Shown here in pieces: positions 16,790 to 25,941 of a stretch of 32,000 bases of DNA. Positions within the stretch are counted from its first letter, which is position 1; each line of letters begins with the position of its first letter. The notes beneath the pieces are model-generated. The model ran no database searches and was not told where the DNA came from. It saw only the letters and a list, made by a program, of their open reading frames with translations. Both the position numbers and the translations under genes were made by a program. Origin of the DNA: Mycolicibacterium smegmatis (GTDB lineage: Bacteria; Actinomycetota; Actinomycetes; Mycobacteriales; Mycobacteriaceae); contig NZ_LN831039.1 in assembly GCF_001457595.1 (NCBI RefSeq), forward strand, positions 390,001-422,000, written 5' to 3'.

Positions 16790-19775
16790 ATGAGCACTGA
16801 GCTGAACACCGAGCAACGGGATCGCCCGTTCGTCGCGCGGGTGGTACGGGCGCTGGCGCCCTTCATCGTTCTGGGATGGCTGATCCTCATCCTCGTGACG
16901 ACACTCGCTGCCGTGGGCGGTGATTGGGCTTCTGCCATCCCAGCGCTCGAAAAGGTGGGCGAGAAGAACTCGGTCTCCCTGATGCCGCAGGACGCCCCGT
17001 CCGCACAAGCGATCAAGCGCATGGGGCAGAAGTTCGAGGAGTCCGACTCCGACAGCTTCGCGATGATCGTGCTGGAGGGCACCGAACCGCTCGGCGAGGA
17101 TGCCCACAACTACTACGCCGACCTGGTCCGTGACCTGCGCGCCGACACGCGTCACATCGAGCACGTCCAGGATCTCTGGGGCGATCGTCTCACTGCGTCG
17201 AGCGCACAGAGCGCCGACGGCAAGGCCTCCTATGTCCAGCTGAATCTGGCAGGCGATCAAGGAACCCCACTGGGTGACGAGTCGGTCGCGGCGGTCCGAG
17301 ATCTCGTCAACCGGAGCAACCCGCCCGAGGGCGTCTCGGTCTACGTCACCGGTGCGACACCGCTGGTTTCCGACCTGCAGCACAGCGGTAACCGCTCGAT
17401 CTTGAAGATCACCGCGGTGACGGTCGTGGTCATCTTCACGATGCTTCTTCTCGTCTATCGATCGGTGATCACGGTTATTTTGCTGTTGATCATGGTGGGG
17501 TTCGAGGTGGCGGCCGCCCGCGGCATCGTGGCCTTCCTCGGTGCCAACGACGTGTTCGTCCTGTCGACATTCGCCGTCAACATGCTGGTGTTCCTCGCGA
17601 TCGCAGCGGGCACGGATTACGGCATCTTTTTCTTCGGCCGCTACCAGGAGGCACGCCAACTCGGCGAGGACCGAGAAACGGCCTACTACAGCATGTATCG
17701 GGGCGTCGCCCCGGTTGTGATGGCATCCGGGCTGACCATCGCGGGTGCGATTTTCTGCCTGACCTTCACGCGGCTTCCTTACTTCCATACAATGGGCGTC
17801 CCGTGCGCCATCGGCATGGCTGTCGCTGTGGCCGCTGCTGTCACGCTCGTGCCAGCAGGTGTCGCCATGGCCAGCAGGTTCGGCTTGCTGGATCCCAAGC
17901 GCAAGATGCGGGTGCGGCGCTGGCGGGGAATCGGTACCGCTATCGTGCGGTGGCCTGCGCCCATCCTGGTCGCGTCGCTGGCCGTCGCACTCGTGGGTCT
18001 GCTGGCGCTGCCCGGCTACCAGACGAGTTACAACGACCGTGACTACATCCCCCCCGGACATCCCGGCGAACGCGGGTTTCGCCGCGGCCGACCGGCACTT
18101 CTCGCAATCACGGATGACGCCCGACATCGTCATGGTCGAAGCGGACCACGACCTGCGGAACCCGGCAGACTTCCTCGTTCTCAACAAAGTTGCCAAGGCG
18201 ATCTTCAAGGTGCGCGGCGTATCTCGTGTCCAGGGCATTACGCGGCCAGAGGGCACGCCGATCGAACGAACGTCGATCCCGTTTCTGCTGAGCCTGCAGA
18301 GCGCCGGACAGGTGCAGGCCACCAACTTCCAGAAACAGCGCATCGACGACATGCTCAAACAGGCCGACGACATGGCGACGATGATCGCTGTGATGAAGCG
18401 GTCCTACGGCGTGATGCTGGAACTCGCCGCGACCACCCATTCGATGGTCGAGAGCACGAAAGAACTACAGAACGTCGCCAAGGATCTGCGCGGCTACCTC
18501 GCGGTCTTCGACGACTTCCTACGTCCGATCCGCAACTACTTCTACTGGGAAGACCACTGCTACAACATCCCCATATGTTGGTCGCTGCGTTCGATTTTCG
18601 ACGCGATGGACAAGGTCGATCACCTCAATGACCAGATCGACATCCTCGTCGAGAACATGGAAGATCTGGACGCCCTGCTGCCCCAGTTGATCGCGCAATT
18701 CCCCGAGATGATCGCCGTCATGGAGAACATGCGGACGATGACTCTCACCACGCACAGCACGTTCTCCGGGATGCTCAAGCAGTTGGACGAACAGACCGAG
18801 GACGTCACCGCGATGGGGCAGGCGTTCGACGCCGCCAAGAATGACGACTCATTCTTCCTGCCACCAGAGGTTTTCGACAACCCGGATTTCAAACGGGCGA
18901 TGACCTCATTCCTGTCGCCCGACGGAAAGGCCGCGCGGTTCATCATCTCCCACAACGGGGATCCGGCCAGCCCGGAGGGAATCGCCAGAGTCGGCCAGAT
19001 CCAGACAGCAGCAGAGGAGGCGCTCAAGGGCACTCCGTTGTCAGGGGCGCAGGTCTATCTGGCCGGTACCGCTCCTACCGCCAAGGACTGGCAGACGGGC
19101 TCCACCTACGACCTGTTGATCGCGGGTATCGCAGCCATCTGCCTGATCTTCATCATCATGCTGATCGTCACCCGCAGCTTCATCGCGGCACTGGTGATCG
19201 TGGGTACTGTCGTGCTCTCGCTGGGCGCATCGTTCGGTGTGTCGGTGCTGCTGTGGCAGTACATTCTGGGCATCCATCTGCACTGGATGGTGCTCGCGAT
19301 GTCGGTCATCATCTTGTTGGCGGTGGGGTCCGACTACAACCTGCTACTGGTCTCCCGCATGAAGGAGGAGATCGGCGCAGGCTTGAACACCGGGATCATC
19401 CGGGCGATGGGTGGCACCGGCAAGGTCGTCACCACGGCCGGCGTGGTGTTCGCGGCGACGATGGCCGCGATGGTGGTCAGCGATCTGCGGATCATCGGTC
19501 AGATCGGCACCACCATCGGCCTCGGCCTGTTGTTCGACACCATGATCGTGCGGTCGTTCATGACACCATCGATCGCGGCGCTGCTCGGGCGTTGGTTCTG
19601 GTGGCCGCAGAGGGTGCGGCCACGTCCCGCGAGTACGCTCCTGCGCCCGTACGGGCCGCGACCGCTGGTGCGCGCACTGCTCGAAGGCCCACCGCCCGGT
19701 GACGAGACCCCCGGTGACCAAGGGGGTCGACCCTCCGACGACGACACACCGATCGGTCCGCTGCGGACCCGGTGA
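16790..19775 (+). pseudogene. mmpL4b: MmpL family RND transporter (MmpL4b-like), interrupted by a +1 frameshift at the C7 tract 18049-18055
   Basis: Frame 2 (16790-~18050) encodes the N-terminal part to ...[10 protein letters not shown], then becomes non-homologous. Frame 0 (~18055-19775) continues [39 protein letters not shown], colinear with MmpL4a [44 protein letters not shown]. One base fewer restores a ~994-aa protein. Confidence 0.85.
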
Positions 19776-19841
19776 TGCGGAACGGGCCGCAGCGCACTGA
19801 TTGTTCGGCGCGCCGCGACCCGTTCTGCTGCTCTGAAGTCC

Positions 19842-20180
19842 TCAGTACTTGACGCAGCTGGTCAGCATCTGCTGGAACACCGGTAGCGCCACATTGGCGC
19901 CGGGATTGTTCTTGATCTGGTTCAGCAGGTTCACACGCTGGTCGCGGGGTGAAGCCAAGAACACCCTGATGAACTCGATGTTCGCCGGGTACTTGTCGAG
20001 ATACTGAGCGGCCATGGGGTTTTCCGTGCGCACAGCGGTCATCGCCTGGTCGAAGTTGCAAGGCGAGTCGATCAGCGGTGTGACATCCGGTTCAGCTGAC
20101 GCAACTCCGGCCGCTGCGCCCAGCGACAGTGCCGCAGCACCCACGGCGACGCCAAGCCTCGTAAGCGATTTCTTGATCAT
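19842..20180 (-). CDS. Small secreted hemophore-related protein
   Basis: Signal peptide MIKKSLTRLGVAVGAAALSLGAAAGVASAEP; mature region CNFDQAMTAVRTENPMAAQYLDKYP...FLASPRDQRVNLLNQIKNNP...MLTSCVKY with two Cys, typical of the mycobacterial Rv0203-like / hemophore-related family. Confidence 0.75.
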   Translation of the reverse strand: MIKKSLTRLGVAVGAAALSLGAAAGVASAEPDVTPLIDSPCNFDQAMTAVRTENPMAAQYLDKYPANIEFIRVFLASPRDQRVNLLNQIKNNPGANVALPVFQQMLTSCVKY

Positions 20181-20306
20181 GTTGTCCCCTCCTTGAAAAA
20201 ACGATCCATCGAACCCAAGACGTTCAACCAGAAAACGAGGCCTGGCGTTCCACCGACGTGCATCAACTACCACTGACACGTCGGCCTCAAACCTCGCGGG
20301 CTACTA

Positions 20307-20362
20307 CCCATATCTGTGGGCGCATGCCCGGTGTTACAGCAGTATGCCCCTTTCTGTGGGCG
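20307..20362. repeat. Two near-identical 16-nt direct repeats (CCCATATCTGTGGGCG / CCCCTTTCTGTGGGCG) at 40-nt offset, immediately 3' of rmlA
   Basis: 20307-20322 and 20347-20362, read directly; each can form a short hairpin. Confidence 0.5.
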
Positions 20363-20364
20363 GG

Positions 20365-21231
20365 CTACTCTCGATCCAGAAGTTGCAGCAGGTAGTGGCC
20401 GTAGCCGGACTTGAGCAACTCCTTGGCGCGAGTTGCGAGTTGCTCGTCGTCGATGAAACCCGCGCGCCAGGCGATCTCCTCGGGGGCGCCGATCTTCAAT
20501 CCTTGGCGACGCTCGATGGTGCGGACGAAATCACTCGCATCCAACAGAGAGTCGAAGGTGCCGGTATCCAGCCACGCGGTGCCACGCGCGAGCACCTCGA
20601 CCGACAACTCGCCGCGGTCGAGATAGGTCTGGTTTACCTCGGTGATCTCGTACTCCCCACGCGCAGACTTGCTCAGCGACCGCGCTATTTCGATGACGTT
20701 GTTGTCGTAGAAGTACAGTCCCGGCACGGCATAATGGGATTTCGGTGACTTCGGCTTCTCCTCCAACGAAAGAGCAGTGCCGTCAGGACCGAACTCCACC
20801 ACACCGTACGCGGACGGGTTCGCGACCCAATACGCGAAAATGGCTCCGCCGGTGACATTTTGGAATCGCTTCAGGCTCGTTCCAAGGCCGGGGCCGTAGA
20901 AGATGTTGTCGCCGAGCGCAAGTGCGACCGTATCGGTGCCGATGTGGTCCGCGCCGATGACGAAGGCCTGCGCGAGGCCCTCGGGTTCGGCCTGTACGGC
21001 GTACGTAAGGCTGACACCGAACGCGGAACCATCGCCGAGTAGGCGCTGAAACGCCGATGCGTCAGCCGGTGTCGTGATGACGAGGATGTCCCGTATCCCC
21101 GCCATAATCAGCGTGGACAGGGGATAGTAGATCAGAGGTTTGTCGTAGACCGGCAGCAGCTGCTTGCTGACCCCCATGGTGATCGGATGCAGCCGGGTGC
21201 CGGAACCGCCGGCCAGTATTATCCCGCGCAT
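20365..21231 (-). CDS. rmlA: Glucose-1-phosphate thymidylyltransferase (RmlA)
   Basis: 288 aa; [45 protein letters not shown]-type N-terminus, [27 protein letters not shown]. Confidence 0.95.
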   Translation of the reverse strand: MRGIILAGGSGTRLHPITMGVSKQLLPVYDKPLIYYPLSTLIMAGIRDILVITTPADASAFQRLLGDGSAFGVSLTYAVQAEPEGLAQAFVIGADHIGTDTVALALGDNIFYGPGLGTSLKRFQNVTGGAIFAYWVANPSAYGVVEFGPDGTALSLEEKPKSPKSHYAVPGLYFYDNNVIEIARSLSKSARGEYEITEVNQTYLDRGELSVEVLARGTAWLDTGTFDSLLDASDFVRTIERRQGLKIGAPEEIAWRAGFIDDEQLATRAKELLKSGYGHYLLQLLDRE

Positions 21232-21365
21232 ACGTCGTTCCTACCCGACAAAAACTGCGGAGTCGATGAATTCGGCCTCGACGTCGGTGTTGCCGTGAGA
21301 ATGAATCACGTAGCCACTGTATGGCACACGGCGGCGATCGGTCAGACGGTGTGAGGCGAAGGGCC

Positions 21366-22331
21366 TCAGGCCCAGGTGCCTCTTCGGCGATGTGCCATCG
21401 CCACGACCTCCAGGATCGGCCGGACGACAGCCGGTTTGACGAGTTTGTTGAGCAGGCCGTCTTGAAAGTGACGATTGCCTTCGTTCATCACGCGGAAATC
21501 GTGCTCTGCAACGCGGAACTGCTCGTACACGCGATCCAGGGTGTCGGTGTCGATGGGCTCATCTCGCCCCGCTGCCCGCAGAACCGCGTAGACCGTCGAC
21601 AACCAGTCGGTACCGAACCGGTCGATAACCGGTTTCTCGCTGCGTTGCCGTCGGAGGCTGGGCGCGAGGAAATCGTCGACTGCCTGTTCGTCGGGCGGGG
21701 TGAGGTCCACGTTCAACGCGGTGGACACGCGTTTCACCTCGCGGCGCCAGTCATCGATCATGTTCGGGTAGTCGACGACGACCCGGGGCACGTCACGGGT
21801 GTGCCGCTCTGACAGAAGGTTTCCCTTGAGCCATAGTCCCGCCGTCAATTCCGGCGGGGCCTTTGCCGCCGCGGCGAGCGAACTCGCTACCTCCCCGGGA
21901 TGGCGCACAGGGATGACGACCGCGATGTCATATCCCGCCGCGCGGGCGGCCTCGAACCACATGTCGTAGAGAACAACGATCTGGAGGTCCTTGACGACGA
22001 CGACGTCGGATTTCGGCAACTTGGCAATGAATGGTTCGATCTTGGCCATACAGGCCGCCCGCTCCTTGCCGACGTACTGTTCTTCCTCGGTGAGGCGGAG
22101 CGTCGGATCCCACCAGGCGCTCCCGTGGCGGTCGAGTATCGAGCGATTGAGCAGGAGGGATTCCCGCGGTTCCCAGTAGCCGCGTGGATTCGATTTGTCC
22201 GCGCCCATCATCTTGGTGGGTAGCGCGGCCCCGCACAACGACAGAACGCGGGTGAGCGCGGACGATCCGGACCGGCCCATGCCGAGGACGAAGAGGATCA
22301 CTGGACGCGTTCGCGTGCCGTTGCCGGTCAT
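21366..22331 (-). CDS. Sulfotransferase family protein
   Basis: P-loop-like PAPS motif VILFVLGMGRSGSSALTRVLSLCGAALP at the N-terminus; WEPRESLLLNRSIL; VIPVRHPGEVASSLAAA 3'-phosphate-binding-like motif. Start MTGNGTRTRP (22331). Confidence 0.8.
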   Translation of the reverse strand: MTGNGTRTRPVILFVLGMGRSGSSALTRVLSLCGAALPTKMMGADKSNPRGYWEPRESLLLNRSILDRHGSAWWDPTLRLTEEEQYVGKERAACMAKIEPFIAKLPKSDVVVVKDLQIVVLYDMWFEAARAAGYDIAVVIPVRHPGEVASSLAAAAKAPPELTAGLWLKGNLLSERHTRDVPRVVVDYPNMIDDWRREVKRVSTALNVDLTPPDEQAVDDFLAPSLRRQRSEKPVIDRFGTDWLSTVYAVLRAAGRDEPIDTDTLDRVYEQFRVAEHDFRVMNEGNRHFQDGLLNKLVKPAVVRPILEVVAMAHRRRGTWA

Positions 22332-22560
22332 GAGCGGCTTCCCCCGAACGTTGTGGAAGACCCAGCTGGCGCAGCTGCATGACAACTCGTGTGGGTTGTT
22401 CTGATCATGATTCCCCCGGGTCGTAGAGATACTTTGCGGGGCAGTGCGCCGTCGCCGCTGCCGCTCAGACGGTCCAACATTAGGCCAGGTCTTTTGATGC
22501 CACAGAGCCTTTCGGAAATCAACGGCCATGGGGAACGCGGCCACGACCGCGTGTTCATTG

Positions 22561-22601
22561 CCGTTTCAAACGGTCCCGCGTACCGCACTGTTGTACAGCG
22601 G
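22561..22601. promoter_or_regulatory. Candidate operator region: CCGTTT-C-AAACGG palindrome followed by CCGCACTGTTGTACAGCGG imperfect palindrome
   Basis: Perfect 6-1-6 palindrome at 22561-22573 and near-perfect inverted repeat at 22583-22601, in the divergent spacer between the sulfotransferase and gap-like genes. Confidence 0.45.
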
Positions 22602-22634
22602 AACAAACGGCATACGAAAATTCGAGGCTGTAGC

Positions 22635-23435
22635 GTGTCGGCCATGTGGAGCTCAGTGATGGGCCTGGCACTCATGGGGACGCTCAATCCGGTGCGTCTC
22701 GGTGTGCTGCTGCTGCTGATCTCCCGGGAAAAGCCCGCCCAGAACCTGGTCGCGTTCTGGATCGGCTGCCTGACGGTGAGCCTGTTCCTCATTGTCGGGC
22801 CCCTCGTGCTCCTCCATTTCACGCCGTTGTTCGATTCCTTCTCCGACCGTCTGGCGGCCCCGTCGGACAAGTCGCGGTTCGCACATCTACAGGTCGGTAT
22901 CGGACTGTTCGCGTTGTTCATCGCCGCGGCGATCCTGGCGCGCGCCCGTTTACGCCGACGCGCGGCTGTCCGGCAGCCGGAGGAGCGTATGGCGCCTGCC
23001 TCCGGCCATGGGCCCGGTGCGATGGTGGCGTCGGGCGCTTTCGGCGACACCGAGCGATCCGGCGTGTTGAAGGGGTCGTCACACCGCCTGGTGACGAGGG
23101 CACGGGACGCCTGGAACAGCGGGACCCTGTGGGTGGCTTTCGTGGTGGGCCTCGCGATGGGGCCGGCGCCGGAGATCGTCCTCATCGTGTTGGCCGTCAT
23201 CGTGACATCGGGTGCGGCCGCATCGGTTCAGCTCGGTGCGGCAGTCGTCTACATTGCCGGCGTGCTGGCGGTCGTCGAGATCGTCTTGATCAGCTACGTG
23301 CTGGCGCCCGCGCGCACCGAACCGGTGCTGCGCAAGCTACGCGAGTGGGCGCTGGTGCACCGCCTGCACGTCCTGGTTGTCATCTTCACGGTGGTGGGTC
23401 TGTCGAGTCTGATCCGGGGGTTGAGCGTCATCTGA
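22635..23435 (+). CDS. Gap-like membrane protein (GPL-addressing protein / GAP family, polytopic)
   Basis: MWSSVMGLALMGTLNPVRLGVLLLLISREKPAQNLVAFWIGCLTVSLFLIVGPLVLLHF and C-terminal multi-TM region with GPAPEIVLIVLAVIVTSGAA. Typical of the family found in GPL loci. Start uncertain (22635 GTG or 22644 ATG). Confidence 0.75.
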   Translation: MSAMWSSVMGLALMGTLNPVRLGVLLLLISREKPAQNLVAFWIGCLTVSLFLIVGPLVLLHFTPLFDSFSDRLAAPSDKSRFAHLQVGIGLFALFIAAAILARARLRRRAAVRQPEERMAPASGHGPGAMVASGAFGDTERSGVLKGSSHRLVTRARDAWNSGTLWVAFVVGLAMGPAPEIVLIVLAVIVTSGAAASVQLGAAVVYIAGVLAVVEIVLISYVLAPARTEPVLRKLREWALVHRLHVLVVIFTVVGLSSLIRGLSVI

Positions 23436-23739
23436 GCGATCGCGAAGCAACTGGCCGAGGGCAATTTTGTCGTGCCGGGGAGGAACGGGGGCGGCGATCT
23501 GTGGATTCGCATCAGATATTTGCCATAAGGGCGTTTTACTGCGATCGAACCATTTGGCTTTGGAGATTGACGCAGTAGTCGAATTAGCCTTGTTTGCAGG
23601 ATCTGTGCGAAAACTCGACAACGACTGCCCCTAACAGTGTTCGGGCGGGTGCGCTGTGTGCTACCGAATTGCACTAACGCCCCCATACCCGGGTTAGGCT
23701 CATCTCCGATGTACCGCCACAGGAGATAGGGGCAGTTTT

Positions 23740-24546
23740 TTGACTGTGACTCACCGCGACAGCCGATCCGCGTATCTCGACCTGCTCCGGCGGGACCTGA
23801 CCCGCTACGGGAGCGACGAGTTGGTCCCCGTGGGGTGGGGTTTGCTGCACCGTCCGCTGTTCAAGCTCGGCAACCTCATGCTCGTACGGAAGCGTGCCTT
23901 CGATTCACGCAAGCGCGACCTGGGCTTGGACTGGCCTGCCGACGCTCTGACGATGATCGGGATGAAGCGGCTCACGAGCCTGCAGGAATGCGTCGAAACC
24001 GTGCTCGCCGAGGACGTCCCCGGCGACCTGGTCGAGTGTGGGGTGTGGCGAGGCGGGGCGTCCATCCTCATGCGCGCGGTGTTGTCCGCGTACGGTGACG
24101 AGACCCGTCGGGTGTGGCTCGCGGATTCCTTCCAGGGTGTGCCCCCGCCGGACGCCGAGAAGTACGCGGCGGACAAGGGCGACCGGCTGCATCGTGCGGC
24201 GCCGATTCTCGCGGTCTCCGAAGCGGACGTCAGGGCCAACTTCGAGCGTTACGGTCTGCTGGACGACCAGGTCCGTTTCCTGCCGGGTTGGTTCAAGGAC
24301 ACTCTGAATGACGCCCCGATCGAACAGATTGCGGTGCTCCGGCTCGATGGTGATCTCTACGAGTCCACGATCCAGGCTCTTGACGGTCTTTACCGCCGCC
24401 TGTCGCCGAGGGGTTTCTGCATCATCGACGACTACCACGCCATCGACGGATGCAAGAAGGCGGTGACGGACTTCCGTGCGGCACACGGGATCTCCGCAGA
24501 CATCGTCGAGATAGACGGGACGGGCGTGCTCTGGCGCAAGGAGTGA
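23740..24546 (+). CDS. TylF/MycF-type O-methyltransferase (Rmt-like)
   Basis: GDLVECGVWRGGASILMRAVL, VWLADSFQGVPPPD, LRLDGDLYESTIQALDGLYRRLSPRGFCIIDDYHAIDGCKKAVTDFR. Confidence 0.88.
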   Translation: MTVTHRDSRSAYLDLLRRDLTRYGSDELVPVGWGLLHRPLFKLGNLMLVRKRAFDSRKRDLGLDWPADALTMIGMKRLTSLQECVETVLAEDVPGDLVECGVWRGGASILMRAVLSAYGDETRRVWLADSFQGVPPPDAEKYAADKGDRLHRAAPILAVSEADVRANFERYGLLDDQVRFLPGWFKDTLNDAPIEQIAVLRLDGDLYESTIQALDGLYRRLSPRGFCIIDDYHAIDGCKKAVTDFRAAHGISADIVEIDGTGVLWRKE

Positions 24547-24613
24547 GCGCCGAGCCCACCGCGGCAGGCGGCCGGCGGCGCACCCGGATCCTTCTGAAAG
24601 GCTTTGACTCCAG

Positions 24614-25882
24614 ATGAAATTCGTGATGGCCACCTACGGGACCAGAGGTGATATCGAGCCATCTCTGGTCGTAGGCCGCGAGCTGTTGCGCCGCGGGCAT
24701 GACGTGCGAATGGCTGTCGCACCCGACTCTGTGGATTTCGTCGAGGCTGCAGGTGTCCCGGCCGTGCCATTCGGCTTGGACACCCGCACCTGGCTGAACG
24801 TCTATCGCAACTTCTGGAATTCGGTCTTCAAGGAATTCTGGAAGATCAACGAACTGCGGGCGCTGTGGAAAGAGCTGTGGGAGCGCAGCGACGAGAGTTG
24901 GGCGCAGATGAGCGCCACGCTGACCGAGGTGGCGGCCGACGCCGATGTGCTCTTCGCGGGACAGGCCTACCAGGAGACGGCCGCCAACGTCGCTGAACAC
25001 TTCGACATTCCTCTGGTCACGCTTCATCATGTGCCGGTACGGCCGAACGGACGACTGGTGCCGATCTTGCCTCCTCTGCTCGGGCGTACGGCGATGAAAG
25101 GCTTCGATTGGTTCACCTGGTTGCTGAACAAGAAGGTCGAGGACGCGCAGCGGAGGGAACTCGGCTTGCCGAAGGCGCGGATCCCGTCGACCCAGCGGAT
25201 CGGCAACCGTGAGTCGCTGGAGATCCAGGCCTACGACGAGGTGTGTTTCCCGGGCCTGGCCGCCGAATGGGCGAAATGGGGGGAGTTACGCCCCTTCGTC
25301 GGCGCCCTGACGATGGAGCTGTCGACGGAGGTCGACGGCGAGGTCTCGGACTGGATCGCGGCCGGGACGCCCCCGATCTGTTTCGGTTTCGGCAGCATGC
25401 CGGTGGAGTCGCCGAGGGACACCGTGGAGATGATCAGTACGGCGAGTGCGTTGTTGGGCGAGCGCGCCCTGATCTGTGCTGGCTACAGCGATTTCAGCGG
25501 GGTCCCGACTTACGACCATGTGAAAGTCGTGGGCGCGGTGAACTATGCGGCCATCTTCCCGTCGTGTCGTGCGGTGGTGCACCATGGCGGGTCCGGAACC
25601 ACGGCGGCGAGCATGCGTGCGGGCGTCCCGACATTGATCCTCTCCATGGATGCAAACCAGACATTGTGGGGTTCGCAGGTCAAGAAGCTCAAAGTTGGTA
25701 CGACCCGTAGATTCTCCGCGACGACCAAGGATACGTTGATCACCGATCTGCGACGTGTCCTCGATCCGGCGTGCGCCGAGCGTGCGAAAACTCTCGCCCT
25801 GCAGATGACCAAGCCGGCCGACGGTGTTCGGCGCGCGGCGGATCTGGTCGAGAATTTCGCGCGAGTGAGAAGTGCTGCCTGA
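24614..25882 (+). CDS. GT1-family glycosyltransferase (GPL Gtf-like)
   Basis: MKFVMATYGTRGDIEPSLVVGRELLRRGHDVRMAVAPD; GFGSMPVESP; VVHHGGSGTTAASMRAGVPTLILSMDANQTLWG. Confidence 0.9.
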   Translation: MKFVMATYGTRGDIEPSLVVGRELLRRGHDVRMAVAPDSVDFVEAAGVPAVPFGLDTRTWLNVYRNFWNSVFKEFWKINELRALWKELWERSDESWAQMSATLTEVAADADVLFAGQAYQETAANVAEHFDIPLVTLHHVPVRPNGRLVPILPPLLGRTAMKGFDWFTWLLNKKVEDAQRRELGLPKARIPSTQRIGNRESLEIQAYDEVCFPGLAAEWAKWGELRPFVGALTMELSTEVDGEVSDWIAAGTPPICFGFGSMPVESPRDTVEMISTASALLGERALICAGYSDFSGVPTYDHVKVVGAVNYAAIFPSCRAVVHHGGSGTTAASMRAGVPTLILSMDANQTLWGSQVKKLKVGTTRRFSATTKDTLITDLRRVLDPACAERAKTLALQMTKPADGVRRAADLVENFARVRSAA

Positions 25883-25941
25883 TCGGCCCGCCGATGTCGT
25901 CGCGGCCTTTCAGAATGTGGAATCCTGAGCGGAAAAGGTAG

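Noticed and set aside
16790-18631. Calling the 613-aa and 638-aa overlapping ORFs two separate transporters or two subunits
   Set aside because: They align end to end with one MmpL protein and break at a homopolymer, so a frameshift of a single gene is the simpler reading.
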